From Bdellovibrionales bacterium (GTDB lineage: Bacteria; Bdellovibrionota; Bdellovibrionia; Bdellovibrionales; UBA1609): a stretch of DNA of 20,089 nucleotides. The position numbers and the translations under genes were made by a program. The stretch lies in contig JBFWVI010000050.1 in assembly GCA_050246815.1 (NCBI GenBank), positions 1-20,089 on the forward strand, read 5' to 3'. Positions 1 through 8,885 of the stretch are shown piece by piece (the first letter of the stretch is position 1; each line of letters begins with the position of its first letter). Under the pieces are notes generated by a model. It did no database searches. It was given only the letters and a program-made list of their open reading frames with translations, and was not told where the DNA came from.

Positions 1-551
1 TCGACGTAGGCTCTGATTTCAGGTTCTAGCGGGATGTCATAGGTGACGAAGCGATTCACGACCGGCGCGTACATGGCGTCGGCGATGCTGAAGTTACCGA
101 ATAAATAGGGGCCTTTGAACTCGTGCAGGCACTGCATCCAAATTTCTTTCACGCGCTCGACGTCCTCTTTTGCGACTGACCAATCGAAATTGGTCAGTCT
201 TTTTTTTATGTCGTGTTGCATGTGGTTGCGCATGGTTTGAAAGCCGGCATGCATTTCATTCGAAATGGACCTGGCCCAGGCGCGGTCTTGTGGGCGGGCT
301 GGCCACATTTTTTTCTCGGGGTATTTTTCATTCAGATACTCGGCGATGGCCATGGACTCCCAAATGGTCACACCTTTATCCACCAGGGCCGGTACTTTGC
401 CCGAAGGCGAATACTTTAAGATCTGTTCGCGAGTTTGCTCTTGGTCGAGCGGGATTAATTTTTCTTCAAAGGGAATCGCGAAGTGCTTCAACAAGAGCCA
501 AGGACGCAGCGACCAACTGGAGTAGCGTTTATTCCCGATCACCAATAGCAT
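1..551 (-). CDS. Glutathione S-transferase family protein (3' end runs off the window)
   Basis: Hand translation from ATG at 551 (GAGGG upstream): MLLVIGNKRYSSWSLRPWLLLKHFAIPFEEK...SPSGKVPALVD...IWESMAIAEYL...GPYLFGNFSIADAMYAPVVNRFVTY. Has the GST N-terminal KVP and ES motifs and the C-terminal SIAD motif. Absent from the ORF track because the stop is outside the window. Confidence 0.93.
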   Translation of the reverse strand, partial: MLLVIGNKRYSSWSLRPWLLLKHFAIPFEEKLIPLDQEQTREQILKYSPSGKVPALVDKGVTIWESMAIAEYLNEKYPEKKMWPARPQDRAWARSISNEMHAGFQTMRNHMQHDIKKRLTNFDWSVAKEDVERVKEIWMQCLHEFKGPYLFGNFSIADAMYAPVVNRFVTYDIPLEPEIRAYV

Positions 552-582
552 TGCGCCCTCGTCTCTTGATAGGCCGGATCAA

Positions 583-969
583 CTATTCTTGAATCGATTC
601 CAAACCAATATTGCTGCTGGAACGTTCGGCGGCCTCAATGGCCTCTTCGACAGTCACGCCATTTACAGTGCTTGCGGTCTCACTGCAAAATTGGCTGATG
701 ACGTCGTCTTCGTTGAAACGAAGATTGCGTTTGTCCCACTGGTTTGTGGTGCTGTTGGTTAAAGCTAATTGTTTATAAACTTCATAATTGCCAAATGAGC
801 GGCAGGCCAGACGAACATTTTTCACCTTCAATGCCGGCGCCACTTTATTTAAAGAGGCCCAAGCATTCGAGGCCAAAATGTCGCCATCACTTTTCATGGG
901 CTGCGTGGCCGCCGCATAAAAACCAGACAAAGCAAGACCAGTCACAACTAAAACGCGTGCTAAAATCAT
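583..969 (-). CDS. Secreted hypothetical protein (~128 aa)
   Basis: ORF 583..981; the ATG at 969 is preferred because GGAGG precedes it. Hydrophobic N-terminus ending AAA resembles a signal peptide; two Cys. Confidence 0.7.
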   Translation of the reverse strand: MILARVLVVTGLALSGFYAAATQPMKSDGDILASNAWASLNKVAPALKVKNVRLACRSFGNYEVYKQLALTNSTTNQWDKRNLRFNEDDVISQFCSETASTVNGVTVEEAIEAAERSSSNIGLESIQE

Positions 970-1065
970 AAAACCTCCCATTTATAAATCTTAGGTATCT
1001 TACGTCGCGCCGCATGTGCCAGTTCCACATCCCAATTGAATAAAATCCAACCAAAGCACCAAGTC

Positions 1066-1167
1066 TATGTGACAAGGTAAAGCGTGGGTCCCCGGATGGC
1101 CGAGCCGGAGCGGTGAGCGACGGATGAGCGTGTCCCCAAAGGGGCCCACGCTTTACCTTGTCACATA
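1066..1167. repeat. Long inverted repeat element A (27-bp arms, 48-nt loop with shared core)
   Basis: 1066-1092 tatgtgacaaggtaaagcgtgggtccc pairs with 1141-1167 ggggcccacgctttaccttgtcacata at 26/27 positions. The right arm includes the stop codon of the ABC ATPase gene. Core 1094-1135 matches 16598-16641 on the opposite strand. Confidence 0.9.
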
Positions 1168-2879
1168 TGCTTGGGCATCCCTTTCGGAATCGCGCTTAAA
1201 AGCTTCTTTGTGTAATCGTGTTGGGGATTTTCGTAAATGTTGATGGCGTCATTCATCTCGACCACCTTGCCGTTGTACATGACGGCGATTTCATCCGAGA
1301 TAAATTTCACCACCGCCAAATCGTGCGAGATGAAAACGTAAGTGAGATTGTACTCCTCTTGCAGATCCAGCAGCAGGTTCAAGATTTGCGCCTGAATCGA
1401 CACGTCAAGCGCCGAAACCGATTCGTCGCAGATGATGAATTCGGGTTTCACAGCTAGGGCGCGGGCAATGCACACTCGTTGGCGCTGGCCGCCTGAAAAT
1501 TCGTGCGGATAGCGGTTCAGCATATGGGGCTCAAGACCCACGCGCTTCATCAATTGTGCGGCCATTTCCATACGCTCGGCTTTTGATTTTCCGATATTGT
1601 GGATGATCATAGGTTCGGTCAGAGCCGCGCCGATGGTCATGCGGGGGTTCAAAGAGGCGTAAGGATCTTGAAAGATAATCTGCATTTTACGTCGCATATT
1701 GCGCAGGGCTTCGCGATCCAGCAGGGTCACGTCCGTGCCATTGTATTTGACCGCGCCTTCGGTGGGCTCGATCAAACGCAAAACGGTACGGCCTAAAGTG
1801 GTTTTGCCGCAGCCAGACTCCCCCACCAGTCCCAGCGTTCGGCCACGACGGACGGTTAAAGTCACATCGTCTACGGCCTTGACCCAGTTGCTCACTTTGC
1901 CGAAGAAATTCTTTTTGAGTGGGAAGTGCTTTTTTAGATTTTTGATTTCTAGCACAACCGGATTTTGTGTGTCGCTGATTTGACGGGTGACCTTGGCGAT
2001 TTTAAGCTTCGACATGTCAAACTGCTTTTCGCGTCCGTCTTCGGTCATAAAATCACTGACTATGGGCAGGCGATGGGGGTTGCGGTCTAAGGCGGGACGG
2101 CAAGCCAAAAGGCCACGGGTGTAGGGGTGCTTGGGACTGGCGAACAGAGTTTCGGTTTGACCCTGCTCGACGATATTGCCTTTGTACATCACCACCACTT
2201 CATCGGCGATGTCGGCGATCACGCCTAAGTCGTGGGTGATGAACAAGATACTCATCTTGTATTTTTTTTGAAGTTCAGCCAGCAAATCCAAGATTTGCTT
2301 TTGAATGGTCACATCCAAGGCGGTGGTGGGTTCGTCGGCGATCAAAAGTTCAGGTTCGCAAGCGATGGCCATGGCGATCATCACACGCTGACGTTGGCCG
2401 CCGCTCATTTCATGCGGGTACGACTTGATGCGCTCTTTGGGATTGGGGATGCCCACTTGGGTCAACAGATCTTCGGCTTTGGCCAGGGCGGCTTTTTTAT
2501 CGAGTTTTTGATGTAACATAATCGTTTCGCAGATCTGATCGCCCACGGTGAAGACAGGGTTGAGGCTTGTCATGGGCTCTTGAAAAATCATCGAGATGCG
2601 GTTGCCGCGGACATTGCGCATGGCAGAGTCTGAAAGCTTCAGTAGGTCTTTGCCGTCAAAGTGAATTTGGCCGCTGGTGATTTTGCCGGGAGGATTGGGA
2701 ATCAAGCGCATGATCGCCAAGCTGCTGACACTTTTGCCAGAGCCTGATTCACCAACCAAACCCACGGTTTTGCCTTTGGGGATCGAAAATGAAATATTTT
2801 TGACCGCGTTGACAATACCTTCATCGGTTTTAAATTCAACCGACAGGTTTTCAATCCGAATCAGGTCTTGGCTGCTCAT
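1161..2879 (-). CDS. Peptide ABC transporter ATP-binding protein, fused OppD/OppF type (two NBDs)
   Basis: Two Walker A motifs ([16 protein letters not shown]), two signatures ([16 protein letters not shown]), Walker B motifs (LIADE, IICDE) and HPYT/HDYT oligopeptide C-terminal motifs. Confidence 0.96.
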   Translation of the reverse strand: MSSQDLIRIENLSVEFKTDEGIVNAVKNISFSIPKGKTVGLVGESGSGKSVSSLAIMRLIPNPPGKITSGQIHFDGKDLLKLSDSAMRNVRGNRISMIFQEPMTSLNPVFTVGDQICETIMLHQKLDKKAALAKAEDLLTQVGIPNPKERIKSYPHEMSGGQRQRVMIAMAIACEPELLIADEPTTALDVTIQKQILDLLAELQKKYKMSILFITHDLGVIADIADEVVVMYKGNIVEQGQTETLFASPKHPYTRGLLACRPALDRNPHRLPIVSDFMTEDGREKQFDMSKLKIAKVTRQISDTQNPVVLEIKNLKKHFPLKKNFFGKVSNWVKAVDDVTLTVRRGRTLGLVGESGCGKTTLGRTVLRLIEPTEGAVKYNGTDVTLLDREALRNMRRKMQIIFQDPYASLNPRMTIGAALTEPMIIHNIGKSKAERMEMAAQLMKRVGLEPHMLNRYPHEFSGGQRQRVCIARALAVKPEFIICDESVSALDVSIQAQILNLLLDLQEEYNLTYVFISHDLAVVKFISDEIAVMYNGKVVEMNDAINIYENPQHDYTKKLLSAIPKGMPKHM

Positions 2880-2893
2880 CTTACCCCTCTACC

Positions 2894-3811
2894 TTACTTG
2901 TTCTTAAGCTTCGGATCCAAAGCGTCGCGAAGCGCATCGTTGAACAGAATCAAAGACAACACCAAAAAGAACATAAAGCCGCTGGCCGCGCCCAGGCCCC
3001 ACCACACTCCGCGCGAGAGCTCCAGCTTCGCGTCGCTGATCATCATGCCCCATGAGGGCACACCCGGCTGCACGCCAAGACCCAAATAGCTCAAAATCAC
3101 TTCGCTCATGATAGCGGTGACCACGCCAAGGCTAAAGTTGATCAAGATCAAATGTGAAACGTTGGGTAAGATATGGGCAAAAATGCGGCGTGCGTGCGAA
3201 GCACCCAAAGCCACGGCTCCCTGCACGTACTCACGATCACGGTGTTTCATGAATTCACCGCGCATCACGCGACAATGGCTGACCCAAAAGGTCAAGCCGA
3301 TCACGAGGCAAAGGGTATTTAAGCCAGCGCCTAAAACCATTGAAAACGCGATCACCAATAGGATGTAAGGAATGGTGTCGATGGTGGTGTAAAACCAGAC
3401 GATCATTTCGTCGACTTTACCGCCAAAGTAGCCGGCCAAAGCGCCTAACACGGTGCCGATCAACATAGATAATCCAGTGCCGGCAAAACCCACGGTCAGT
3501 GAGGTCACAGTGCCATGGGCGGCGCGAGCCAAAACGTTACGGCCAAAAAGATCGGTGCCCAGCCAATAATCTGCGTTGGGCGGCAAATACGCGATCTGGT
3601 TGTTCACCACTGCGTAATCTGTGAAAATCAAACCCAGCTGGCAAAGCAAAGCCATAACTAAGTAAAAGACGATAAAGACAAAGCTGACCACCGCAATTTT
3701 ATCTTGTGACAAACGGCGATAGGCATCCCACCACAATGAATTGCGCAGATTTTTTTGAGAGGTTGTCGACCAAGCGACTGTGGACATCGCGGCAGTTTGT
3801 TTCACGGACAT
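2894..3811 (-). CDS. oppC: Peptide ABC transporter permease, OppC/DppC family
   Basis: WLGTDLFGR, EAA-loop region EYVQGAVALGAS...HILPN, and SYLGLG..PSWG. Start is ATG 3811 or GTG 3814, overlapping the upstream stop. Confidence 0.94.
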   Translation of the reverse strand: MSVKQTAAMSTVAWSTTSQKNLRNSLWWDAYRRLSQDKIAVVSFVFIVFYLVMALLCQLGLIFTDYAVVNNQIAYLPPNADYWLGTDLFGRNVLARAAHGTVTSLTVGFAGTGLSMLIGTVLGALAGYFGGKVDEMIVWFYTTIDTIPYILLVIAFSMVLGAGLNTLCLVIGLTFWVSHCRVMRGEFMKHRDREYVQGAVALGASHARRIFAHILPNVSHLILINFSLGVVTAIMSEVILSYLGLGVQPGVPSWGMMISDAKLELSRGVWWGLGAASGFMFFLVLSLILFNDALRDALDPKLKNK

Positions 3812-4746
3812 CACCTCAATTGCACTTTGGGGTCCACCACGGCGTACAGCACATCCGAGATCAGCTGAAACACCATGTACAGGACCGCACTTAAAAAGGT
3901 CATCGCTTTGATCACCGGGAAGTCCGCGTTTTGAATGGCTTGCACCACGATGCCGCCGATGCCGGGGATACCAAAGAAAGACTCGAGCAAAAGTGAACCC
4001 AAGATCAAAAACGGCATTTGCAACACAACGCGGGTGATGATCGGGATCAAGGCGTTACGAAGCACGTGCTTAAACAAAATCGAAGCCTCATTCAGTCCTT
4101 TGGCGCGGGCGGTGCGCACATAATCATGATAGATCTCGTCCAAAAAGACGGTGCGATAGAATAAAACGTTTCCCCCCAGACTCAGCAGAACAAAAATCAC
4201 GATGGGCAGCCCCAAATATTCCCAACGGCCGGCGAAGCTATTGTCCCAGCCCGAAATGGGGAACCAGCCCCATTGATAAGCCAAAACGTATTGACCCCAT
4301 AAAATATAAACCAGGCTTGAAAGGCTCATCATCGCTAAACATGTGACTTTGGTGATGCGGTCGAAATTTGTTCCGCGCCAGCGGGCCAGCAGCAAAGCCA
4401 ACGCAATCGTGATGATTTGTGCCAGGATGAAGGCCGGCAAAGTCAGCGACAGTGAGGGCCCCATGCCGTCAGCAAACATGGTGGTGATTTCTTGTTTGGT
4501 GGACCAACTGCGTCCGAAATCCAAACTGAAAATCTGCTGCACAAAAAACAGGTATTGCATCGGAAGCGGACGGTCTAAACCAAGCTCACGGCGAATGACT
4601 TCGATCTGCTCGGCGGTGGCGTGTCGCCCGGCGGCTTGAGCGGCGGGATCGCCACCCACGACGTTGAACAAGATAAAGGTGATCAACGTCACGCCAAACA
4701 AAATAGGGATCATGTAAAGCAGGCGACGAGTCAGGTACTTGAACAT
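3811..4746 (-). CDS. oppB: Peptide ABC transporter permease, OppB/DppB family
   Basis: GLDRPL..QY, DFGRS, DYVRTARAKGL...KHVLRNA, FGIPGIG, and C-terminal DVLYAVVDP. Confidence 0.95.
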   Translation of the reverse strand: MFKYLTRRLLYMIPILFGVTLITFILFNVVGGDPAAQAAGRHATAEQIEVIRRELGLDRPLPMQYLFFVQQIFSLDFGRSWSTKQEITTMFADGMGPSLSLTLPAFILAQIITIALALLLARWRGTNFDRITKVTCLAMMSLSSLVYILWGQYVLAYQWGWFPISGWDNSFAGRWEYLGLPIVIFVLLSLGGNVLFYRTVFLDEIYHDYVRTARAKGLNEASILFKHVLRNALIPIITRVVLQMPFLILGSLLLESFFGIPGIGGIVVQAIQNADFPVIKAMTFLSAVLYMVFQLISDVLYAVVDPKVQLR

Positions 4747-6504
4747 TTACAAGTTCGCCTTTTGCTCGCCACGTGCTTTGGTGTCCACGCGCAGGTACTT
4801 TAAGTAGTCGTTGATGATGCTGTGATACTTAAAGTTCTTTAACCAGCTGTGATAAGTGATGTAACCCAAGCGGTGCGCGTTGGGAATCCACGGCAAATCA
4901 CGTGCGGCTATGTCACGCATCTGTTGGTAAATCTTGGTGCGCTCGTTGCCTGGGGGCAGCTTCGAAGCTTTTTCATACAAAGCGTCGAACTCTTTGCTTT
5001 TGTAGTTTGAACCGTTGGGGCCGGGGCTTACATTTTGGCCGTACAACAACTGCAAGAAATTTTCTGCATCCGGGTAATCCGCCATCCAAGCGATGCCCCA
5101 CACCTGGGCCTTTTTCTCGCGAATCTTTGTTGTGAATTGGGGCCACGAGGTCGAATCGATTTTCACCTTTAGGCCGATGGCTTCCATGTTTTGTTTGAAG
5201 TACTCGGCCATTTGGCGGGCGGTCGACGAACTGGTGGTCGAGTATTCAATTTCGGGAGCACCTTTGCCTTCCGGGAAACCCGCTTTGCTCAGGAGCTCTT
5301 TGGCTTTGCTGATGTTGTACTCTTTGTAGGGGTTTTTGTAGTTGGCATCGTAGCCGTCGACATCCGGCGGAATGGGGCTGTGGGCACTGACGGCACGGCC
5401 ATTGTAAAATTTTTGAATCAAAGTGTCGGTGTCGGTGGCCAGCGAGATGGCTTTGCGAAGATTTTCGTTTTTGCCAACCACGGGGTCCAGCATGTTAAAG
5501 GCGGTGTAGGTGACGTCAGGCTCGCGAGTGATCGAGAGCAGGATGCCTTTTTTTTGCATCTCTTCCGTCATCTGGTTGCTTTGCACAGCGCCGTCAAAGT
5601 TGTCTTTGGGGATGGCGACAAAATCCAAATTGCCTTTCATGAAGTTCAACCAGCGGGGCTGGTCTTCGATGATTTCATGCACCACAAGCTTATCGACAAA
5701 GGGCAGTTTTTGACCGGCGTCAGCCAAAGCACCAGAGGCTTTGTCTTCTTCGGTGCCTTCAGTCGGGTAGGTGTGGGTGGCCCAGTTGGGGTTTTTTACC
5801 ATCACGATTTGGCTGTTGCGGGTCCAGCTTTCAAATTTGAAGGGCCCGGTTCCCACCGGGTGGTTCAGGAATTCTTTGCCGTACTTTTCAACCGCTTCTT
5901 TGGGAACGACCACGGTGGTGGACATGGCCAAGACGTAGTGCAGTTGGTAATAGGGCTTAGTCAATTTGATGACCAGTGTGTTTTTATCTGGAGCAGTCAG
6001 GCCGGCGACGGGGGTGCTGTAGTCAGCCTCTTTTTTTCCCATCTTATCGCGCCATTCGTTTAAGCCCACGATCTTGCCATCGAACACCCAAAAGGCTTCG
6101 CTTTGATTGGCGGGGTCGGCCAAACGTTTCCACGAATAGATAAAGTCTTCGGCGGTGACTTCGCGGCCTTTGCTTTCGGGGAAAGCTTGGTCGTCATGAA
6201 ATTTCATGCCGGGGCGAATTTTGAAAGTGTGGGTCAAACCATCGCTCGAAACTTTCGGCATCTCAGCGGCCAACAAGGGCTGTAACTTGAGCGGACGTTG
6301 CAAGTAGTTGTAGTGCAACAGACCTTCGTACATCTGTGAGGCCACAAGGCTTGAATATGTGTCACTGATGTTGACCGGGTCTAAGCCTTTGATGTTGGAG
6401 CTGACGACAACGTTCAAAGTATTTTCGGATTCACGACCTTTTTTGGTGCAACCACCCAGTGAAAACGAGCCAACGAGCAAAGCGGCAATAAGAATACGAA
6501 ACAT
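4747..6504 (-). CDS. oppA: Peptide ABC transporter substrate-binding lipoprotein (SBP family 5)
   Basis: Lipobox-like LGGC, LDP motif, TFKIRPGMKFHD, VTAEDFIYSW, PVGTGPF, AKELL..AG, WMADYPD. GGAGGG upstream. Confidence 0.95.
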   Translation of the reverse strand: MFRILIAALLVGSFSLGGCTKKGRESENTLNVVVSSNIKGLDPVNISDTYSSLVASQMYEGLLHYNYLQRPLKLQPLLAAEMPKVSSDGLTHTFKIRPGMKFHDDQAFPESKGREVTAEDFIYSWKRLADPANQSEAFWVFDGKIVGLNEWRDKMGKKEADYSTPVAGLTAPDKNTLVIKLTKPYYQLHYVLAMSTTVVVPKEAVEKYGKEFLNHPVGTGPFKFESWTRNSQIVMVKNPNWATHTYPTEGTEEDKASGALADAGQKLPFVDKLVVHEIIEDQPRWLNFMKGNLDFVAIPKDNFDGAVQSNQMTEEMQKKGILLSITREPDVTYTAFNMLDPVVGKNENLRKAISLATDTDTLIQKFYNGRAVSAHSPIPPDVDGYDANYKNPYKEYNISKAKELLSKAGFPEGKGAPEIEYSTTSSSTARQMAEYFKQNMEAIGLKVKIDSTSWPQFTTKIREKKAQVWGIAWMADYPDAENFLQLLYGQNVSPGPNGSNYKSKEFDALYEKASKLPPGNERTKIYQQMRDIAARDLPWIPNAHRLGYITYHSWLKNFKYHSIINDYLKYLRVDTKARGEQKANL

Positions 6505-6534
6505 CTGTAGACCCTCCTACGAAGTGAACTTTGT

Positions 6535-6563
6535 TGTGTAGCGTTAGGGGGTTATGATGTCAA
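6535..6563 (-). promoter_or_regulatory. Putative sigma70 promoter of the opp operon
   Basis: TTGACA (6563-6558), 17 nt spacer, TACACA (6540-6535). Perfect -35, weak -10. Confidence 0.45.
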
Positions 6564-6609
6564 ATATTACACACGCAAACACAAGCGATACATGATCGTG
6601 GAAGTCGCT

Positions 6610-7275
6610 CTAGTTGTAGCGTTCAAGACCCTTGATGGCGAGGGGTAGTTCCAAAAAAGAACCAACGAAGTGCTTAGCACCCAAAGAGCGCAGTTCTGCC
6701 TCGGGGGAATAACCAAAAGTGACGCCCAAAAGATGGGTTTTGCAGGCCAAAGCCACTTCAATGTCAGGAGGGCCGTCGCCGACCATTAGGGTTTCCTCTG
6801 CGCTGACGCCTGCGGCTTTCATGGCGTTTTGTAGTGGCAGAGGGTGAGGCTTTTTTTCAGGGTAAGTGTCGCCGCCAATGACTGCCGACCAGGGGTAATG
6901 ATCCATTTTGAGGTGCTTCAGCAGCATATGGATATAGCGCTCAGGTTTGTTAGAAACGATGGCGACTTTGTGCGGCCAAGCGTCAAGGAATTCACGCACG
7001 CCATCAAAGGGTTGTGCCTGCTGAAGCACATATGCGTCATAAACCTTAGAAAATTGGGTTTCGATGGCTTCGGCAATTTGCGGATGGTGTTCTGCTTCGG
7101 GCACGACTCCACGGATTAGGCCCACCAGGCCGTTGCCAATATGGATCATCACTTCGTGGTCACTTAGGCGCTCGCGACCATGCAGTTGTAAAAACTCATT
7201 GGTGGCATTGATAATGTCGGGCGCGGTGTGCACCAGGGTACCATCGAAGTCGAAGGCCACCAGTTTGATCGACAT
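6610..7275 (-). CDS. gph: HAD family hydrolase, phosphoglycolate phosphatase-like
   Basis: Motif I FDFDGTLV, motif II VSNK, motif III KKPHP, motif IV MVGDGPPD. Confidence 0.85.
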   Translation of the reverse strand: MSIKLVAFDFDGTLVHTAPDIINATNEFLQLHGRERLSDHEVMIHIGNGLVGLIRGVVPEAEHHPQIAEAIETQFSKVYDAYVLQQAQPFDGVREFLDAWPHKVAIVSNKPERYIHMLLKHLKMDHYPWSAVIGGDTYPEKKPHPLPLQNAMKAAGVSAEETLMVGDGPPDIEVALACKTHLLGVTFGYSPEAELRSLGAKHFVGSFLELPLAIKGLERYN

Positions 7276-7347
7276 AAAAAATCCTTTAAGTTGTTTGATC
7301 CGCGAAAATTACCTATAGCGGAAGAACCTCAAACTAGGGAGAGAAAA

Positions 7348-8001
7348 ATGCGCAAACCCGATGCTTGCGAGCATTACATGAGCGAAACCTTTCCTGTGGA
7401 AGACGTTCACCTGCAAGCGATTCGCGCGGCCTTAAGTCGCGATGGCAAAGAGGGGATTCAGGTGGCCGCATCCGACGCCAGAGTACTGCAGTTTTTGCTG
7501 CGGGCGTGCGGAGTGCGCAAGATGGTCGAAGTGGGGACTTTGTATGGCTATTCGACTCTGTGTTTTGCCCGAGCGCTGCCTGCGGATGGCGTTATTTATT
7601 CTTTGGATGTCAGCGAGCAAAATCATGCCCGCGCCAAAGAGCTTTTAAAAACCACAGACGAGTGGTCGCGCATCCAACTTGTGACAGGCGATGCCCGTCA
7701 GCGTTTGCAGGAGTATTCGAGCCGTGGACCATTCGATGCCGTTTTTATCGATGCCGATAAATCTTCGTACTTGGATTATTTGAACTGGGCTGAAGAGCAT
7801 GTGCGGATCGGCGGACTGATCATCGGCGACAACACCTTTTTGTTCGATGCTTTGTTCGGCGAAAGCCGCGATCGCAATATGGGTGAAAAGCAAATCCGCG
7901 TAATGAAAGAATTCAACTCGCGTCTAGCCGACAGCCGCCGCTACAACTCGTGCATCCTACAAACGCAAGAGGGGATCACAGTCGCGCAGCGACTCAATTA
8001 A
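7348..8001 (+). CDS. SAM-dependent O-methyltransferase (caffeoyl-CoA OMT-like family)
   Basis: VEVGTLYGYS SAM-binding motif, FDAVFIDADK, GGLIIGDN. ATG 7348 after AGGGAG is preferred to the track start 7228, which would overlap the divergent gene. Confidence 0.92.
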   Translation: MRKPDACEHYMSETFPVEDVHLQAIRAALSRDGKEGIQVAASDARVLQFLLRACGVRKMVEVGTLYGYSTLCFARALPADGVIYSLDVSEQNHARAKELLKTTDEWSRIQLVTGDARQRLQEYSSRGPFDAVFIDADKSSYLDYLNWAEEHVRIGGLIIGDNTFLFDALFGESRDRNMGEKQIRVMKEFNSRLADSRRYNSCILQTQEGITVAQRLN

Positions 8002-8047
8002 CCAGCGCAGCGACTCAATTAACCAGCGCAGCGCGACCCAACTGACA
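7984..8047 (+). repeat. 21-bp tandem repeat spanning the methyltransferase stop codon
   Basis: gcgcagcgactcaattaacca at 7984-8004 and 8005-8025 (identical), plus a degenerate third copy from 8026. Confidence 0.9.
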
Positions 8048-8109
8048 GTGCCTGAGGCCTGCGGCCGGTAGCCAGAGGCCCGAGAGTTGAGGCCCAAGCC
8101 GGTTGGCGG

Positions 8110-8631
8110 TTACTGAGGCTGTGATCCCGCATTATCTTCGTAATACTTGCGCAAACATTTTTCCAGGTTCAAGCGGATCGCGCCGCGGGATTCCAGGGCT
8201 TGGCAATCGTGTACGATCTCGGTGTCGCCTTCGACGAAGAAGTCCGACCCCTTGGCTACGGCCAGATCAAAAGTAACGCGGCCAAATGGACCACGGTTGA
8301 CTTTGACGTCGTAGTAAAGAACGGCAAAGGCGCTTCTGGCTTTGTAGTGGCGAAAGTCCACTTGGCTGACCCCGTGGTCTTTGGCAGTCATTTCGCGAAG
8401 TCCGTATTCCTGCAGCTTCAGCGAGATCTTTTGTTCCAGATCTTGGTTACGGCGTATGTCGGCTTCGGATTGGCCATTGTACTTATCTAGAGCGGGAATC
8501 AGCTCTTCAGGCTGGACCTGCAGCCGATTAAAAAACTGCTGCGTTGTGGACAGGCTTTGTTGGGCCTTGCCCCAAGCTGAATTGGGCTGCAGGCTCACAA
8601 AAATCACGGTCAATAAAATTTGGCGAATCAT
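8110..8631 (-). CDS. Secreted hypothetical protein (173 aa)
   Basis: AGGAG upstream, signal-peptide-like N-terminus, two Cys near the C-terminus. No recognisable family. Confidence 0.75.
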   Translation of the reverse strand: MIRQILLTVIFVSLQPNSAWGKAQQSLSTTQQFFNRLQVQPEELIPALDKYNGQSEADIRRNQDLEQKISLKLQEYGLREMTAKDHGVSQVDFRHYKARSAFAVLYYDVKVNRGPFGRVTFDLAVAKGSDFFVEGDTEIVHDCQALESRGAIRLNLEKCLRKYYEDNAGSQPQ

Positions 8632-8813
8632 CCCAGATTCTCCTGTTCAAGTTCTAACCTCTTGTTATTTCAATGCCGGGGCCAGCAGAATACCCCTGTT
8701 TTTGACTTGAGATCCGTGCCAGTCGAGGCTGCCAAATTCGGCAACCAGCTGACTAAAGTTTTGACAGTCAAGACTGAGCTGCTTTTAAAAAGGAGATGGA
8801 AAATCATGGACAC

Positions 8814-8829
8814 TGGCACACGGATTGTA
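8814..8829 (+). promoter_or_regulatory. Putative sigma54 (-24/-12) promoter
   Basis: TGGCAC-ACGGA-TTGTA versus consensus TGGCAC-N5-TTGCW, about 57 nt upstream of ATG 8886. Confidence 0.45.
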
Positions 8830-8885
8830 ACCCATTTCGCATATTCAATTTAATCACATTTGCGCTGGTTTGAAAGGTGCAGATT

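Noticed and set aside
170..592. Plus-strand ORFs of 140, 68 and 86 aa
   Set aside because: They are antisense to the clear GST gene on the minus strand.
1005..1022. Sigma54-like TGGCAC-ATGCG-GCGC upstream of the 128-aa gene
   Set aside because: GG-N10-GC spacing fits, but the TT before the -12 GC is missing, so it is too weak to call.
5191..6063. 290-aa plus-strand ORF
   Set aside because: Antisense shadow of oppA with no motif or RBS. The same applies to the shadows over aceE, rplM/rpsI and 13345-13878.
7228..7347. N-terminal extensions in the ORF track (also 10406-10453, 13777-13842, 18472-18528)
   Set aside because: They overlap neighbouring genes or promoters, and better-supported downstream ATGs exist.
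7984..8047. Possible mini CRISPR array
   Set aside because: The units are directly adjacent with no spacers, and no cas genes are present.
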